Positions 44,556 to 54,817 of a stretch of 64,000 nucleotides of DNA are shown one piece after another. The translations under genes and the position numbers were made by a program. This DNA is from a virus (taxonomy: Duplodnaviria; Caudoviricetes). The first letter of the stretch is position 1. Every line of letters begins with the position of its first letter. The notes under the pieces are model-generated. The model ran no database searches. It was not told where the DNA came from and saw only the letters and a program-made list of their open reading frames with translations. The stretch is from the IMG/VR virus record IMGVR_UViG_3300021431_000106, positions 1 through 64,000 of that record; one strand, written 5' to 3'.

Positions 44556-47500
44556 TTAATTGTTCGTTATAGGTATCCAATCAGTTACATCGCTTGTTCC
44601 CGTCGCTATCGATGCCGACCCACTCGTCGAAACAAACAATTGCCCGACAAATTGAGGCGCTCCTGTCCAAGTACCATAGATGCTTGTGTTCCAGTTCGAC
44701 GGAACCGTGCTTGCCGACGGAGCAGAAGAAGAGACCAAGACGCTCGGGTACAAATTTATGGGGACAGACTGAGACACATCTACCGCCTTGACGTTGCGTT
44801 TTGCGAACTCCGTCCAAGCGTCGCCCGCAGTAACTGCCTTGTTTTGGTCGGTCGAATTATGTACGTCAGTTACAAACTGCACAACACCTTTCTGCAACTT
44901 ACTTGCATCCTGTATTGTCTTTTTCGTCGCCGAAATCTTTCCGTTACTCTGCGAGATAGTGTCCACAACAGTCAACGTGTCGCCGCTTGCAGCAGGCTCG
45001 CTAAAGTTCATGTCGGGCATTGTGACCGTAATGGGAGTTCCCTCGACATTGGCTATGGTTTTTTTTGTTCCGTCGGGTGTGAGAGTAATATCGTTGTTCG
45101 TCACCCTCACGCTACCTTGCACTACATCCCACCCATTGTTAGCCTTATTGCGGATAAACCAGTCGCCAGCATCGTAATTGCCGTCGTCCTGTGAGAGTAT
45201 ATATACATCGCCTGCCGCAGTCCCCGTCGACGGCAAGTCTGCAACCCTAACCACCGTACCCTGATAATGCAGTGCATTCTGCGCCACACCTTGAACATAC
45301 GCTATAAGTGCGGCGACAGTGGGCAGTATCGATGCGTTTTCGCTACCTGTTGGAGATATAGTGGCATTACTTGCCTTGTAACCACTTGCCTTGACAGTGC
45401 TGTCGCTGTCATATTCCGCCAATTGTCCTACGGTCTGGTCGCTATTGTCCACGCCTCTGACAGGATTCTTATAAGCATTGACCGTATCAATTAAGTCAAT
45501 AACCGCATCTTTGAAGTTACTCTTGTACTCAAAGGTACCATTAAAAGGAGCACTCAAAGGAACACCAGTAGTGCTATCAACACCCTCGGGAAGCAATGTC
45601 TCAGTACCCAAGTCATCGACAGGGTATGTCATCGGCTTCTTGTCGAAGTAGACAGTAATAGGCTCTGCAAGTTCGTAATAGAGCATTACGCCGTTCATTG
45701 CGTCATTGAAGGTGGCGGCATCGGTGTAGGTGGAATCAGACACAAATATATGATGAGTTGAGCTGTGTCCACATACACAGTTATCAACACCCATTAATGC
45801 CACAGGGCTTGGATTATATGGATATTTTTCACATATAATATTGTCATATCCAAAAGCCTTTTGGGATATTGTTGCTCTAAATCTTGGAATTCCTGCTGTT
45901 ACACCATTATACGTCCAATTCAAACTTCCCAAATCCACACTACCGACCTTCTTAACGGCATAATTATCTCCGACTTCATCGTGCACCGAGCCAGCTGATA
46001 GTAAACCATATGGGAACAACTGATTATCGTTGTTATCTTTTATGGATTTAATCCAATTCAAATCCAAAGTAGACTCTTTGTAAGGTTCGTAAGTACCATT
46101 GCGGTTAGGGTCAGAGATGTTGATGCAGATGTCGTTGTTGTAGGTTCCTCCATAAGATATCCCCAAATCAAATCTTACATAATGTGTGTTTGGTCCAGTT
46201 GTATGTAATCCTTCCGACTCTGAAGGGGCAAACCACTCAGATTGGATGTGATTCTTTGCACTATCATAGCAAGCTACTCTGTATATACTTGTAGAAAAAT
46301 AATATTGAGTGGAAGGAAGTACTTTTACATAATTCTTGGTACATAATCTATTAGTTGCTGGTATAATAGAACCATCTAAATAAATAAGGCTACCTTCAAT
46401 AGTTTCTTCATCCCACTGGTTAAATCCAACGCTTTTTACACCGGTAGGTTTCAGACTAAGCAATTCACCCTCGTTGTAAGGATAGTAGGGATTAGGGAAC
46501 ATTGCCTCAAATTCCTCTACTGTTGAAGGTTCGTTGCCAGCACCAAACATCTTGGTCAAATCAAAAACATTCTGCTTGTTCTTGATATAGTATTTGTGTC
46601 CGTTAGGGTCTGTGATAATTGTATCACTTGTTTTGGCTATTGCCCTGACTGCAAAACCGTTGCACCGATTGTCGCTGCTCTGCGGATTGACACCACCCGA
46701 ATAGAAGCCCAAGCCCCGGGCATTGCGAGCGGAGCCAATCGAAGCAGACCAGTAGTAGCCATACGAGCCGCGGCCGTACCAAGACGTACCACTACCGTAG
46801 CCGGAGCAAGCAAAGAAGAGTCTGTTGCCGTTGGTCTTGCTCTGCAAGTAGAGGCCCACAATGCCGTTTACCGTCACTAACTTGTTGGTAGTTTCAGCCG
46901 GTATCTCGGTGCCAGTGGCATCAATATAGATACAGCCTGCAAACAGCTCGTTAAACTCCGCCATGGTCGGCATTCTCCACGGCGAGCCGAGGTTGGCGCG
47001 TGCAGCGTCGTACTCCTCACCAACGGGGATATTACCAGACAGGGTGTTGCCCTTTGTGTTGCCGTAGGGCTGGCCGTCGTACCACGGTTCGGCGGCATTC
47101 ACACTGCCCCAGTTATAGTCAAAAGCAGAAGTACTGATAGGATTGTGTCCTTCAATATTACCCCAAGAAAAGAATGAACCTTCATATTGAAATGGACTTG
47201 CAGCAAACTTATTAGGTTGAGTAACATCAATATTGGATGTAGCCCAAAGGTTACCACTCGGAAGGCCCATATCAACAAAAGTTCCTTCACCTAACAATTG
47301 ATTCCACACCAAAGTATTACCTCTCAACTTGCTAATATTTACTGTCTCTTCACCTATGTTGATAGTTCCACCTGTCACTCGGTGGTTCCACATCGAATTG
47401 TCCGACCTCACTACAGGGGCGTCAAGGTCTTTGGCTATACCGACTGTAAGGTCATCGGGATTGATGGTCTTAGTGCCTGTAACGTGACCGTTTGCAGTAG

Positions 47501-48296
47501 TAATCTCAGTGACAAGGTTCGCCGGCTGTGCACTCTCTTCCGCATCCGTTCGCGTGATTGTCTCGTGCTTGATGGTAACGTTGCCGCTCGCGTCTGAGTT
47601 CACGTCAACCTGCGTGCCACCGATAAGTTGGTGATGCGATTTAACGTCGCCATCCTCTATATGGTTAAGGTAGGGATTTGCCGATGCACCGTCAGTTGTG
47701 GCAGCATCCGAAGTGCCAATGACATTTTTTGTCGCGGGTTTGGTAGGCAGTGGACCAGTCTCAACGCCCGTCACATGACCTGTCGAGTCGGTAGTCACAC
47801 CCGTGACAACGCTCGTGCCATATCCAGCCGACGATTTGGTCGTGTCTGTGCGTGCTGTCCCCTCGTGCGCGATAGTAATAACCCCCGCAACCGACGTGAT
47901 GTCAATCTTCGTACCCTCTGCCAACTGTATGTCCACATGGTTAGTTCCCTTGACAATCTTGCCGTCAACCTCCTTGATGCCGTAGACGGACAGTTTTTTT
48001 GTTGCATCGTCATACGACGCCTGAGCGTACTCGTTCACGTCGAGGTTTTGCTCCACCCAACTGGCAACAACTTGAGCAATATTAGCATCTACAGGAAAAT
48101 AATTAAGATTTGCGTAGGTGTGTATGCCGTCGCCTATCTTCATCTTATACAAGAGGTCGGGATTTTCGTTGGTTCCTTGGTTTTCCATCTCAAGGCAAAT
48201 CTCTCCCCGTTTGGGTATTGTCAATAACGCCGCCCACTGAGCAGCGGTCTTGGCGCATTCTACAAGTCTGACAGTTAAGGTATTTTCAGCACTCAT
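44556..48296 (-). CDS. tail fibre/receptor-binding protein with internal DGR-type C-lectin (Fib_succ_major-like) domain
   Basis: Mtd_N-like start (IPKRGEICLE...KMKIGDG); FVDMGLPSGNLWATSNI...DAARANLGSPWRMPT...YYWSAS...GFAVRA domain. Confidence 0.85.
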   Translation of the reverse strand: MSAENTLTVRLVECAKTAAQWAALLTIPKRGEICLEMENQGTNENPDLLYKMKIGDGIHTYANLNYFPVDANIAQVVASWVEQNLDVNEYAQASYDDATKKLSVYGIKEVDGKIVKGTNHVDIQLAEGTKIDITSVAGVITIAHEGTARTDTTKSSAGYGTSVVTGVTTDSTGHVTGVETGPLPTKPATKNVIGTSDAATTDGASANPYLNHIEDGDVKSHHQLIGGTQVDVNSDASGNVTIKHETITRTDAEESAQPANLVTEITTANGHVTGTKTINPDDLTVGIAKDLDAPVVRSDNSMWNHRVTGGTINIGEETVNISKLRGNTLVWNQLLGEGTFVDMGLPSGNLWATSNIDVTQPNKFAASPFQYEGSFFSWGNIEGHNPISTSAFDYNWGSVNAAEPWYDGQPYGNTKGNTLSGNIPVGEEYDAARANLGSPWRMPTMAEFNELFAGCIYIDATGTEIPAETTNKLVTVNGIVGLYLQSKTNGNRLFFACSGYGSGTSWYGRGSYGYYWSASIGSARNARGLGFYSGGVNPQSSDNRCNGFAVRAIAKTSDTIITDPNGHKYYIKNKQNVFDLTKMFGAGNEPSTVEEFEAMFPNPYYPYNEGELLSLKPTGVKSVGFNQWDEETIEGSLIYLDGSIIPATNRLCTKNYVKVLPSTQYYFSTSIYRVACYDSAKNHIQSEWFAPSESEGLHTTGPNTHYVRFDLGISYGGTYNNDICINISDPNRNGTYEPYKESTLDLNWIKSIKDNNDNQLFPYGLLSAGSVHDEVGDNYAVKKVGSVDLGSLNWTYNGVTAGIPRFRATISQKAFGYDNIICEKYPYNPSPVALMGVDNCVCGHSSTHHIFVSDSTYTDAATFNDAMNGVMLYYELAEPITVYFDKKPMTYPVDDLGTETLLPEGVDSTTGVPLSAPFNGTFEYKSNFKDAVIDLIDTVNAYKNPVRGVDNSDQTVGQLAEYDSDSTVKASGYKASNATISPTGSENASILPTVAALIAYVQGVAQNALHYQGTVVRVADLPSTGTAAGDVYILSQDDGNYDAGDWFIRNKANNGWDVVQGSVRVTNNDITLTPDGTKKTIANVEGTPITVTMPDMNFSEPAASGDTLTVVDTISQSNGKISATKKTIQDASKLQKGVVQFVTDVHNSTDQNKAVTAGDAWTEFAKRNVKAVDVSQSVPINLYPSVLVSSSAPSASTVPSNWNTSIYGTWTGAPQFVGQLFVSTSGSASIATGTSDVTDWIPITNN
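46641..46812 (-). other. DGR variable repeat (VR)-like segment
   Basis: Minus-strand TCC GGC TAC GGT AGT GGT ACG TCT TGG TAC GGC CGC GGC TCG TAT GGC TAC TAC TGG TCT...AGC AGC GAC AAT CGG TGC AAC GGT TTT; NNC/NNT codons where a TR would have AAC/AAT. Confidence 0.75.
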
Positions 48297-48316
48297 AATA
48301 TTCTGTTTTTAATCGG

Positions 48317-49105
48317 TTAAACTTTAATTGAGGTATCCCCTTGGATAATCTTGATGTTCCTCCACGTTGGCGTCATCAGTTTCCAGATGCCGTTATTATA
48401 TATGTAGAACAATTCATCATCCTCAATATAATATATCTTTTTGGGGTTCCCTATCGCCGGTAAATCCATGTAGGAAGCGACGTTCTCTAACGCTCCCGAG
48501 TTCTCGTTAAGGTATTCCACCACAGCCTTCGGTGTGACAGCGGTATCGTCCGAGACATCCTGCGGGCTGTCCCCGTCGATAGCGTCGGTCAGTTTGACGC
48601 GGCCGGGAGTGTTTTCGTTCGCGATAGGTGCCTTGAGCGACTCCCAATTCGAGGTATCGGCAAATTCTTCGGCAGTATATTCTTTATTGAACTGAAACGC
48701 ATCCCAACCTGTGCCATTGAAAAACGTGAATATCATTCCGTTTTTCTGCTCGGGAGCCAATGTGGCGTCTGCTGCCACTGTCGCGACTGCTGTCTGCAAC
48801 GTATAGTGCCCGCTTTCGAGAGGATAACGGTTGTCGATATTGATGAAACCATCCTTGCTCTCGCTCATCAGGAATTGCACAAAATCTTCCTCCGTGCCCT
48901 CGTAGCCCATACGTACAGCCATACGGTACAGACTGTCGGAACTGACAGATGCCACAGTAGGAAGTATGGTGAGTTCAAGGTTGTCCTCGGATACCTCATT
49001 CCAGTCCTCCCTCTTCGCATTGAGTTCAAGGCTGTCCTCTAACCGTTCGACAATCATTTCCACAGCATTGGATGCCGTTATATTATATTCGACCTTATTA
49101 TCCAT
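48317..49105 (-). CDS. tail-associated hypothetical protein
   Basis: YTLQTAVA...KNGMIFTF...GWDAFQF module seen in Bacteroidales fibres; GRVKLTDA. Confidence 0.7.
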   Translation of the reverse strand: MDNKVEYNITASNAVEMIVERLEDSLELNAKREDWNEVSEDNLELTILPTVASVSSDSLYRMAVRMGYEGTEEDFVQFLMSESKDGFINIDNRYPLESGHYTLQTAVATVAADATLAPEQKNGMIFTFFNGTGWDAFQFNKEYTAEEFADTSNWESLKAPIANENTPGRVKLTDAIDGDSPQDVSDDTAVTPKAVVEYLNENSGALENVASYMDLPAIGNPKKIYYIEDDELFYIYNNGIWKLMTPTWRNIKIIQGDTSIKV

Positions 49106-49544
49106 TGCTCGTTTCTATTTTGTCATAATTTGCATTGACCTGCTGGCTCACAGAAGCAACCAAGGTGAAGTCGTTGTTCCTTGTCACGACATAACGTGTG
49201 TCCCTGCCATAGAGCAGTTCCACCGTATATTGTGTTTCGTCCATATCTTGAGTTTTCTCCCAAGGCAAGACGCAATATACGGTATTTTCTTCCTCTTCGC
49301 TATAGTAGACAAAACCGTCGCCATATTGCGGTGTCGGGTCGCTGTTGCCAGTCTTGACATCGCGCGAGTCAATCTGCCGCAACTTGCTCTTGTTTGCCTC
49401 GAGTGTCATATCCATACCCTCTGGGTAGACAAGCACCTTGAACGGATGCTCCCCATCGTCAGCAAAGATGAACTTGTCATCCTTGCCCCTCCATTTGAGG
49501 GTTATGGTCTGACCTTTGTAGAAATTCAATTGTGATACCCTCAT
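49098..49544 (-). CDS. tail/baseplate-associated hypothetical protein
   Basis: Position between the tail-tip and fibre genes; beta-rich. Confidence 0.65.
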   Translation of the reverse strand: MRVSQLNFYKGQTITLKWRGKDDKFIFADDGEHPFKVLVYPEGMDMTLEANKSKLRQIDSRDVKTGNSDPTPQYGDGFVYYSEEEENTVYCVLPWEKTQDMDETQYTVELLYGRDTRYVVTRNNDFTLVASVSQQVNANYDKIETSNG

Positions 49545-49554
49545 AATATCTTTT

Positions 49555-52500
49555 TTAATCGGTTATTATTTCCATATTTTCAATATCCTTGACCACCTTG
49601 CATTGGCCAACATCTTCGGGATTGGGGACCATCTGGCCATCTATGATACACTGGTTCCACATAATCATATCATCTTTCTCGCGTTCTTTTGCATTGTTAT
49701 AGGTATATATTGCGCCGCTCAAAGAAGTGAGCCGCAAGGTGTTGTCGTTTGCACGTTCAACAAGTTCGTTAACTTTCCTACGCACAGTGTTGTCTCGTGT
49801 CTTCACATCGACTATGTCTGTCTCTCTTATGGAAGTCTCTGTTCCAAGGTTTGAGGTGACAGCCTTGTAACTCTGAGCATTGGTGTTGGTGTCTATTCTG
49901 ATTTCTGCAATAGACGAGTCGCTTTGTACAGACACGATATTGCCTGATATTACAGAAGTGCTGTTTCTTCCTATATAGCGTTTCTGCATTTTCCGCGTAA
50001 TCTCCGCAACCGTACTGTCTGCCACTTCCCGCGACACAGTTCGTGTGACATTCTTGGTTATCCTGTTTGCGAAGCCTCCATAGACCACAGAAAGTTCATC
50101 GTTAAGTCTTACCGAAATTTCGGGCAGCGGTTCCGTAGACACCATTTTATAGACATACTCCTGTATATACTGTTTGTATTTCTTATGGTTATAGTCTATA
50201 TACAATACAGCGTTTTCCGTGAGGTTTGCTAAATCCGTTTTGTTTTCAGCAAGAAAAATCCTGCTGTAATTCATTGAAAAGTTAAACGTTTGGGCATTCT
50301 GCTTGCACATCGAACCGATGATTGCCTTGGATAATTCACGTTCGGCAAAACGCAAGTAATACTGCGGCATTTTGATGTTTGTTAAGACAAAAGTGTCGGC
50401 AGTATCCTCGTCGCCCGTGTCTGCTACCGATTTGGGGCGATAATAGATTGAAAAGGTGCTGTCCCCATAAGTCGGTCTTGCGGCAGGCATAAGCATCCCG
50501 AACGTGTCCGTATCTTTCTCTAAAGCAAGCCACACTTCTCCGGAACTTGTATCCTGCTGTATGTCTTGGAACGCGCCTCGAGTCACCACATCGCCTTCGA
50601 TATGGTTATAGTTCTCGGTATTCAATGTTCCGACGATTCCTCTCTGTATGGCATTGGCGTTGTACATAGAGCCGAAGTCGGTGTCCACAACGATATAGTC
50701 GTAATACACAACAGACTGCTGTCCTATATCAATGATATGTCTGTCACCCCTGCGGTAAAGGATTTTGTTCGTGTAACGTTTCAAATCACCTTCGGATGCA
50801 ACCTTTACATAAGGGTCGTAATCCGTTGCTGACGAGATTTCCTTCTTTTTGTATATGTCATATTCCCACACCTGAACAGGATTCTTTTTAGTGCGTTCAT
50901 CAACCTTGATTTTGAACTTGCATGAACCGCACTGTCCCGAAGTCAGTGATATTTCCATATCCTCTGTCAGGGCAAGGTCGAATATGTTGAACGGCAACTG
51001 ACGCAGTTTGATGAAGAAATGCGGGTGCTTGTAGTCGCCTTCTATATTGCCGTCGCTCTCGTTTTCCCAAATACTGTCATCGTCGAGTTCGTCGTAGGCA
51101 TATTCAGCGGCGACATCTATGCGGAAAGTCCTGCCTTCAATGGTATTCGTCATACCTTTGATGCTTGGCTTTATATCATCAAACTGCCCGATGAATTCGC
51201 TCACCTTTATCGGTACATAAGGGCTCTCAAAAACGCGGTAATTGCCGCCCTCGTCCTTATAGAGGTCGTTCTCGACATCTGCGCCGTCTATGTACTCACC
51301 CGATTCTGCATCCGCAATGCTGCCCTCAAAAGGATAGTTCACGGCATTGTAGAACCGTCTTTCGCCGTCCGTTTTATAGAACAATTCCGGCATCAGTTGT
51401 CCTTGCGGAATGAGGTACTTCAAACGTTCAAATGTTATGTTATCCAGCATATAAGGCGTTCCGTTAAGTGTCATACCGTAATCAGACAAATTGACTTTCT
51501 TGCCGTCGAGATACCATCCGTCAGCAGACAATATATGGCAGTCGATGTCAAGAAACTTCATAACCCAGTCTTTTATCTGCATTACGGGATTGGCTTCAAA
51601 ATTTGACACTTCATTCAGAATTGAAGACACCATATACTCATAAGTAACAAAACCATAATTCCTTCCTACAAAAATCTCATCGCTGGTGCAACGATACATC
51701 GTTCCGTCAGACAAATCCTTGTATATGGCACCCTTGACGCGTTTTAAAGGTGTCTGTATCGATGCCAGTGTGTTCTCTATGGTGTCGTTCTTTTGGCAGC
51801 GAGTGAATATATAATAGGGGTATCTATCTGTTGAGTTTAAATACACGCTAGATGTAGCCTGACGTGACACATATCCCATATAGGAACTCCCTGAAATGGA
51901 ACTTCCCGCATCAAGCAAGTCGTGCCTGTCGTAGAACTCTCCCTCGAAAATGTTGAAATGGTCGGGATTTGCCACAGACGCACCTTGTATAATTGCTGGA
52001 TAAAAATATCCTTGATAATCATAGTCGGTCATCAAAGGCATCGTGCCAATCGTGACATTCAAAACAAGCAGATAGTTATGCGAAGCCGACAATGCGTATG
52101 GATGCTTACCGTCGTTATAATATAGCATCTCTTGGAAACCGTTCATCGTCGAGTAGGTGGCGGTAGAACTGTATTCGACAGTGACACCGGCGGTGAAGTC
52201 TACAAGAGAGACCGTGTAAGGCTTTATTCGCGCCGTCGTATCATCACGCAACCCTATATTTATACTCAAATTAAGGAATGGGGACCTGACGCCTCCCGAA
52301 ACAAACACGTCTGCGTTCTCAAGATTGTCTACGCCGACCCTAATGTTTTCTCTGGTCGCACGGATATGGTCGTATGTGTTAAAGTTGTAAAGCAGAACGA
52401 TGTTTTGATTGTTGTGTCTGCTTTGGCTTTTATTGTAATCCATAGCGCTGATGGATTTCAGCACACGCCCATACTCAAATGTGTATCCGAGTCTGTTTTT

Positions 52501-53715
52501 CAAGAACTTCTCGTATGCGTTAGCAGCAGCCGACGGGAATATGTCGGTTTCTTCGGCATCACTTATTGACGGTATATTGGGGCGGTTTGTGGGTCTGTTG
52601 TAGACAGATTTAAGCCAGCCGTCCGCTATCGGATTGGGATAATAGTAAGGGATGTTTTCGCTGCTGCCGACGCCTGTCATTCTGTTGATGACCCTCTCTG
52701 TGTTGTTGGTTTTCTTTATGGACAGTAGTTCCCTGTATCTGCCATAGGATACGGCATTGTCTTCACCGAAGTCGTACTCGCTGTCGCCGATATGTATTTC
52801 CTTTGTGCCGTGTTTGTAGTAGTAGGTAAGTCCGAAACCTTCGTCCTTGTCGCAAATTTTCTGCAAGGCGTCGAATATGAAGTTCTTGTCAAAGGAAATC
52901 ATTTTCTCGTCGGAGACAACACCGTCGTCAATGATGACTTGATACCCGTCAATGGCGAACTCGCCGTTCTCATACACGAACACCTCGTTCTGCAAATAGG
53001 CGGTATAATTCCCTTGATATAACTGGTAATAGCCGTCAGGGTCGGATTGTGACCCCATCGGAATGTTGTTCCATTGCTTGTAGGTAAAGTACGACGTGAC
53101 GCCTTGACGGAGACTGTAGGTGCTCAGACCGCTACGGACAAGGGATGCGTTGATACGCTTGCGCAATTCCGTAATATCCCCGAAGAAACTGAAAGTGGAA
53201 TTTTCGTTTAAGGGGCGTTCCGCGATATAAGGAGCGACCACATCATATATGTATACAGTCTCGATGCAGCGCCAGTGGGAAACAAACACTATATCGTATT
53301 TATATCTGGCGTCTTCGTTGTCTTTCGATGATGTTGGAATATCATTGAGGTAATAGTTCTGATTGTCATACACGACGTGGCATTCCTGCGTCCATTTGTT
53401 ATCAAGATTATAAAAAAGGTGGTCGTTCTCGTCCTCTTCCGCGTACCATTTTGTAGAAGCCGTAATCGTCGGGGCGGTTCCCATTCTTGTCGCGGAATAA
53501 TTGAAATCAAACAGTTCCAACGGATGCCCTATCCTTGGGAACTCCACATCAACAACCTCTGTAATGGTGTCGCCGAACCTGCGATAATATACACCGTTAT
53601 AAAGATAGACAAGATTCTCGACGGTATTGCCGATAGTCGGCACCTGCGTGGTCCGACGTATAAAATCCTCATCGCCGTGTATCGGCACAAGCACCGTAAG
53701 CATCTTCTCCATCAC
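49555..53715 (-). CDS. large tail-tip/baseplate hub protein (1386 aa)
   Basis: Size and position after TMP/lysis; RMTGVGSSENIPYYYPN, EDIKPSIKG-like and YLRFAERELS motifs of Bacteroidales tail-tip proteins. Confidence 0.7.
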   Translation of the reverse strand: MMEKMLTVLVPIHGDEDFIRRTTQVPTIGNTVENLVYLYNGVYYRRFGDTITEVVDVEFPRIGHPLELFDFNYSATRMGTAPTITASTKWYAEEDENDHLFYNLDNKWTQECHVVYDNQNYYLNDIPTSSKDNEDARYKYDIVFVSHWRCIETVYIYDVVAPYIAERPLNENSTFSFFGDITELRKRINASLVRSGLSTYSLRQGVTSYFTYKQWNNIPMGSQSDPDGYYQLYQGNYTAYLQNEVFVYENGEFAIDGYQVIIDDGVVSDEKMISFDKNFIFDALQKICDKDEGFGLTYYYKHGTKEIHIGDSEYDFGEDNAVSYGRYRELLSIKKTNNTERVINRMTGVGSSENIPYYYPNPIADGWLKSVYNRPTNRPNIPSISDAEETDIFPSAAANAYEKFLKNRLGYTFEYGRVLKSISAMDYNKSQSRHNNQNIVLLYNFNTYDHIRATRENIRVGVDNLENADVFVSGGVRSPFLNLSINIGLRDDTTARIKPYTVSLVDFTAGVTVEYSSTATYSTMNGFQEMLYYNDGKHPYALSASHNYLLVLNVTIGTMPLMTDYDYQGYFYPAIIQGASVANPDHFNIFEGEFYDRHDLLDAGSSISGSSYMGYVSRQATSSVYLNSTDRYPYYIFTRCQKNDTIENTLASIQTPLKRVKGAIYKDLSDGTMYRCTSDEIFVGRNYGFVTYEYMVSSILNEVSNFEANPVMQIKDWVMKFLDIDCHILSADGWYLDGKKVNLSDYGMTLNGTPYMLDNITFERLKYLIPQGQLMPELFYKTDGERRFYNAVNYPFEGSIADAESGEYIDGADVENDLYKDEGGNYRVFESPYVPIKVSEFIGQFDDIKPSIKGMTNTIEGRTFRIDVAAEYAYDELDDDSIWENESDGNIEGDYKHPHFFIKLRQLPFNIFDLALTEDMEISLTSGQCGSCKFKIKVDERTKKNPVQVWEYDIYKKKEISSATDYDPYVKVASEGDLKRYTNKILYRRGDRHIIDIGQQSVVYYDYIVVDTDFGSMYNANAIQRGIVGTLNTENYNHIEGDVVTRGAFQDIQQDTSSGEVWLALEKDTDTFGMLMPAARPTYGDSTFSIYYRPKSVADTGDEDTADTFVLTNIKMPQYYLRFAERELSKAIIGSMCKQNAQTFNFSMNYSRIFLAENKTDLANLTENAVLYIDYNHKKYKQYIQEYVYKMVSTEPLPEISVRLNDELSVVYGGFANRITKNVTRTVSREVADSTVAEITRKMQKRYIGRNSTSVISGNIVSVQSDSSIAEIRIDTNTNAQSYKAVTSNLGTETSIRETDIVDVKTRDNTVRRKVNELVERANDNTLRLTSLSGAIYTYNNAKEREKDDMIMWNQCIIDGQMVPNPEDVGQCKVVKDIENMEIITD

Positions 53716-54251
53716 TTTTTACCCCTTTTGTCGGTTATCCATACATATCCACCGATACAAAAACCGACTACCACAAGGACAAACCCTGCGCCGAACCACA
53801 TCATCATTTTCTGAAACCATGTCAGTTTTCGCTCGACCTCTACGATTTTTGTCGATTGTGCCTCTTTGAGACGTTTTTCCATCTGCTTCAACTTGTTCTC
53901 GTAAAATGATATTGTCGAAGCATAACGTTCGTCTTGAAGGAAAATGAACTTTGTCAGCCTTTCGACTTCCTTTTCGTGGGCGACGCCGTTGCTGTCCACA
54001 TAAACAGTGCGTTCGACAAACCTGTCTACACTGTCAATCTTTACATTTACGATGCGGGCTGTGTCATATACGTATTTGACAACTTCCGTTGTGTCGTGAA
54101 TGTATTCGGTCGTCGTTTCCGTATTGATTGTTTTTGTACTACGGCACGACGCCGCCATAGCGGTCAGACAAATCAATGCTACCGCCATAGCGACTTTCCT
54201 ATGTGCCGCATACAAACAATTAAAACTTTTATGATATGGAAGTGCACCCAT
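53712..54251 (-). CDS. spanin-like lipoprotein
   Basis: Signal/lipobox (MAASC), periplasmic coiled region, C-terminal TM (LTWFQKMMMWFGAGFVLVVV); next to holin and endolysin. Confidence 0.65.
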   Translation of the reverse strand: MGALPYHKSFNCLYAAHRKVAMAVALICLTAMAASCRSTKTINTETTTEYIHDTTEVVKYVYDTARIVNVKIDSVDRFVERTVYVDSNGVAHEKEVERLTKFIFLQDERYASTISFYENKLKQMEKRLKEAQSTKIVEVERKLTWFQKMMMWFGAGFVLVVVGFCIGGYVWITDKRGKK

Positions 54252-54253
54252 TT

Positions 54254-54742
54254 CTATTCTTTGTTTTCTATTTCAACACATTCCTTGCCGCTCTCTTCTA
54301 TCGCTTTTCTAATCATCGTTTCGAGTGCCGATTTCACTGTGTCCTTCGACAGAACATCGCCAAGCACGGAAGCGGCTTCGTTCATTTTGTTCTTTGTCTT
54401 CTGGTCAGCCTTTTCCCTAACGCTGAGAAACTCCACAATGAGCAGGAACACGCCGACAAGGCAAGTGACCATCGGCACCTCTTCAAAAACATTCACCCCT
54501 ATAACTGACCAAAGGCGGCTGATGTGCAGAAGTATGTCCACCCCTGTCGCTATCATCATTCCGCCTTCGTATGCGATGAATTTCGACAATGTACGTTTCA
54601 ATGCTTGCGAAGTCCTAATCTCGTTTCTCAGTTTCGCTTTGTACAGTCCGCTTCCAAGGTCTATGCACATTGCGAACAATACTATGAGCATAGCAAAGCA
54701 TCCTGTGAGGAGTTGTGGTACAATATCTTGTAATTCAGGCAT
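54254..54742 (-). CDS. holin
   Basis: Three TM segments; IDLGSGLYKAK...RTSQALKRT..KF...IVEFLSVREK; adjacent to the endolysin. Confidence 0.75.
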   Translation of the reverse strand: MPELQDIVPQLLTGCFAMLIVLFAMCIDLGSGLYKAKLRNEIRTSQALKRTLSKFIAYEGGMMIATGVDILLHISRLWSVIGVNVFEEVPMVTCLVGVFLLIVEFLSVREKADQKTKNKMNEAASVLGDVLSKDTVKSALETMIRKAIEESGKECVEIENKE

Positions 54743-54785
54743 TTTGTTTTAATTTATTCAATCTTTACTTTAACATTTCCGAGTG

Positions 54786-54815
54786 CAAAGATACAAATAT
54801 TTTTTAATTTACAAA
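54786..54815 (-). promoter_or_regulatory. Bacteroidota-type promoter upstream of the holin
   Basis: Reverse complement TATCTTTG 54786-54793; TTTG 54812-54815 (18 nt spacing). Confidence 0.55.
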
Positions 54816-54817
54816 AA

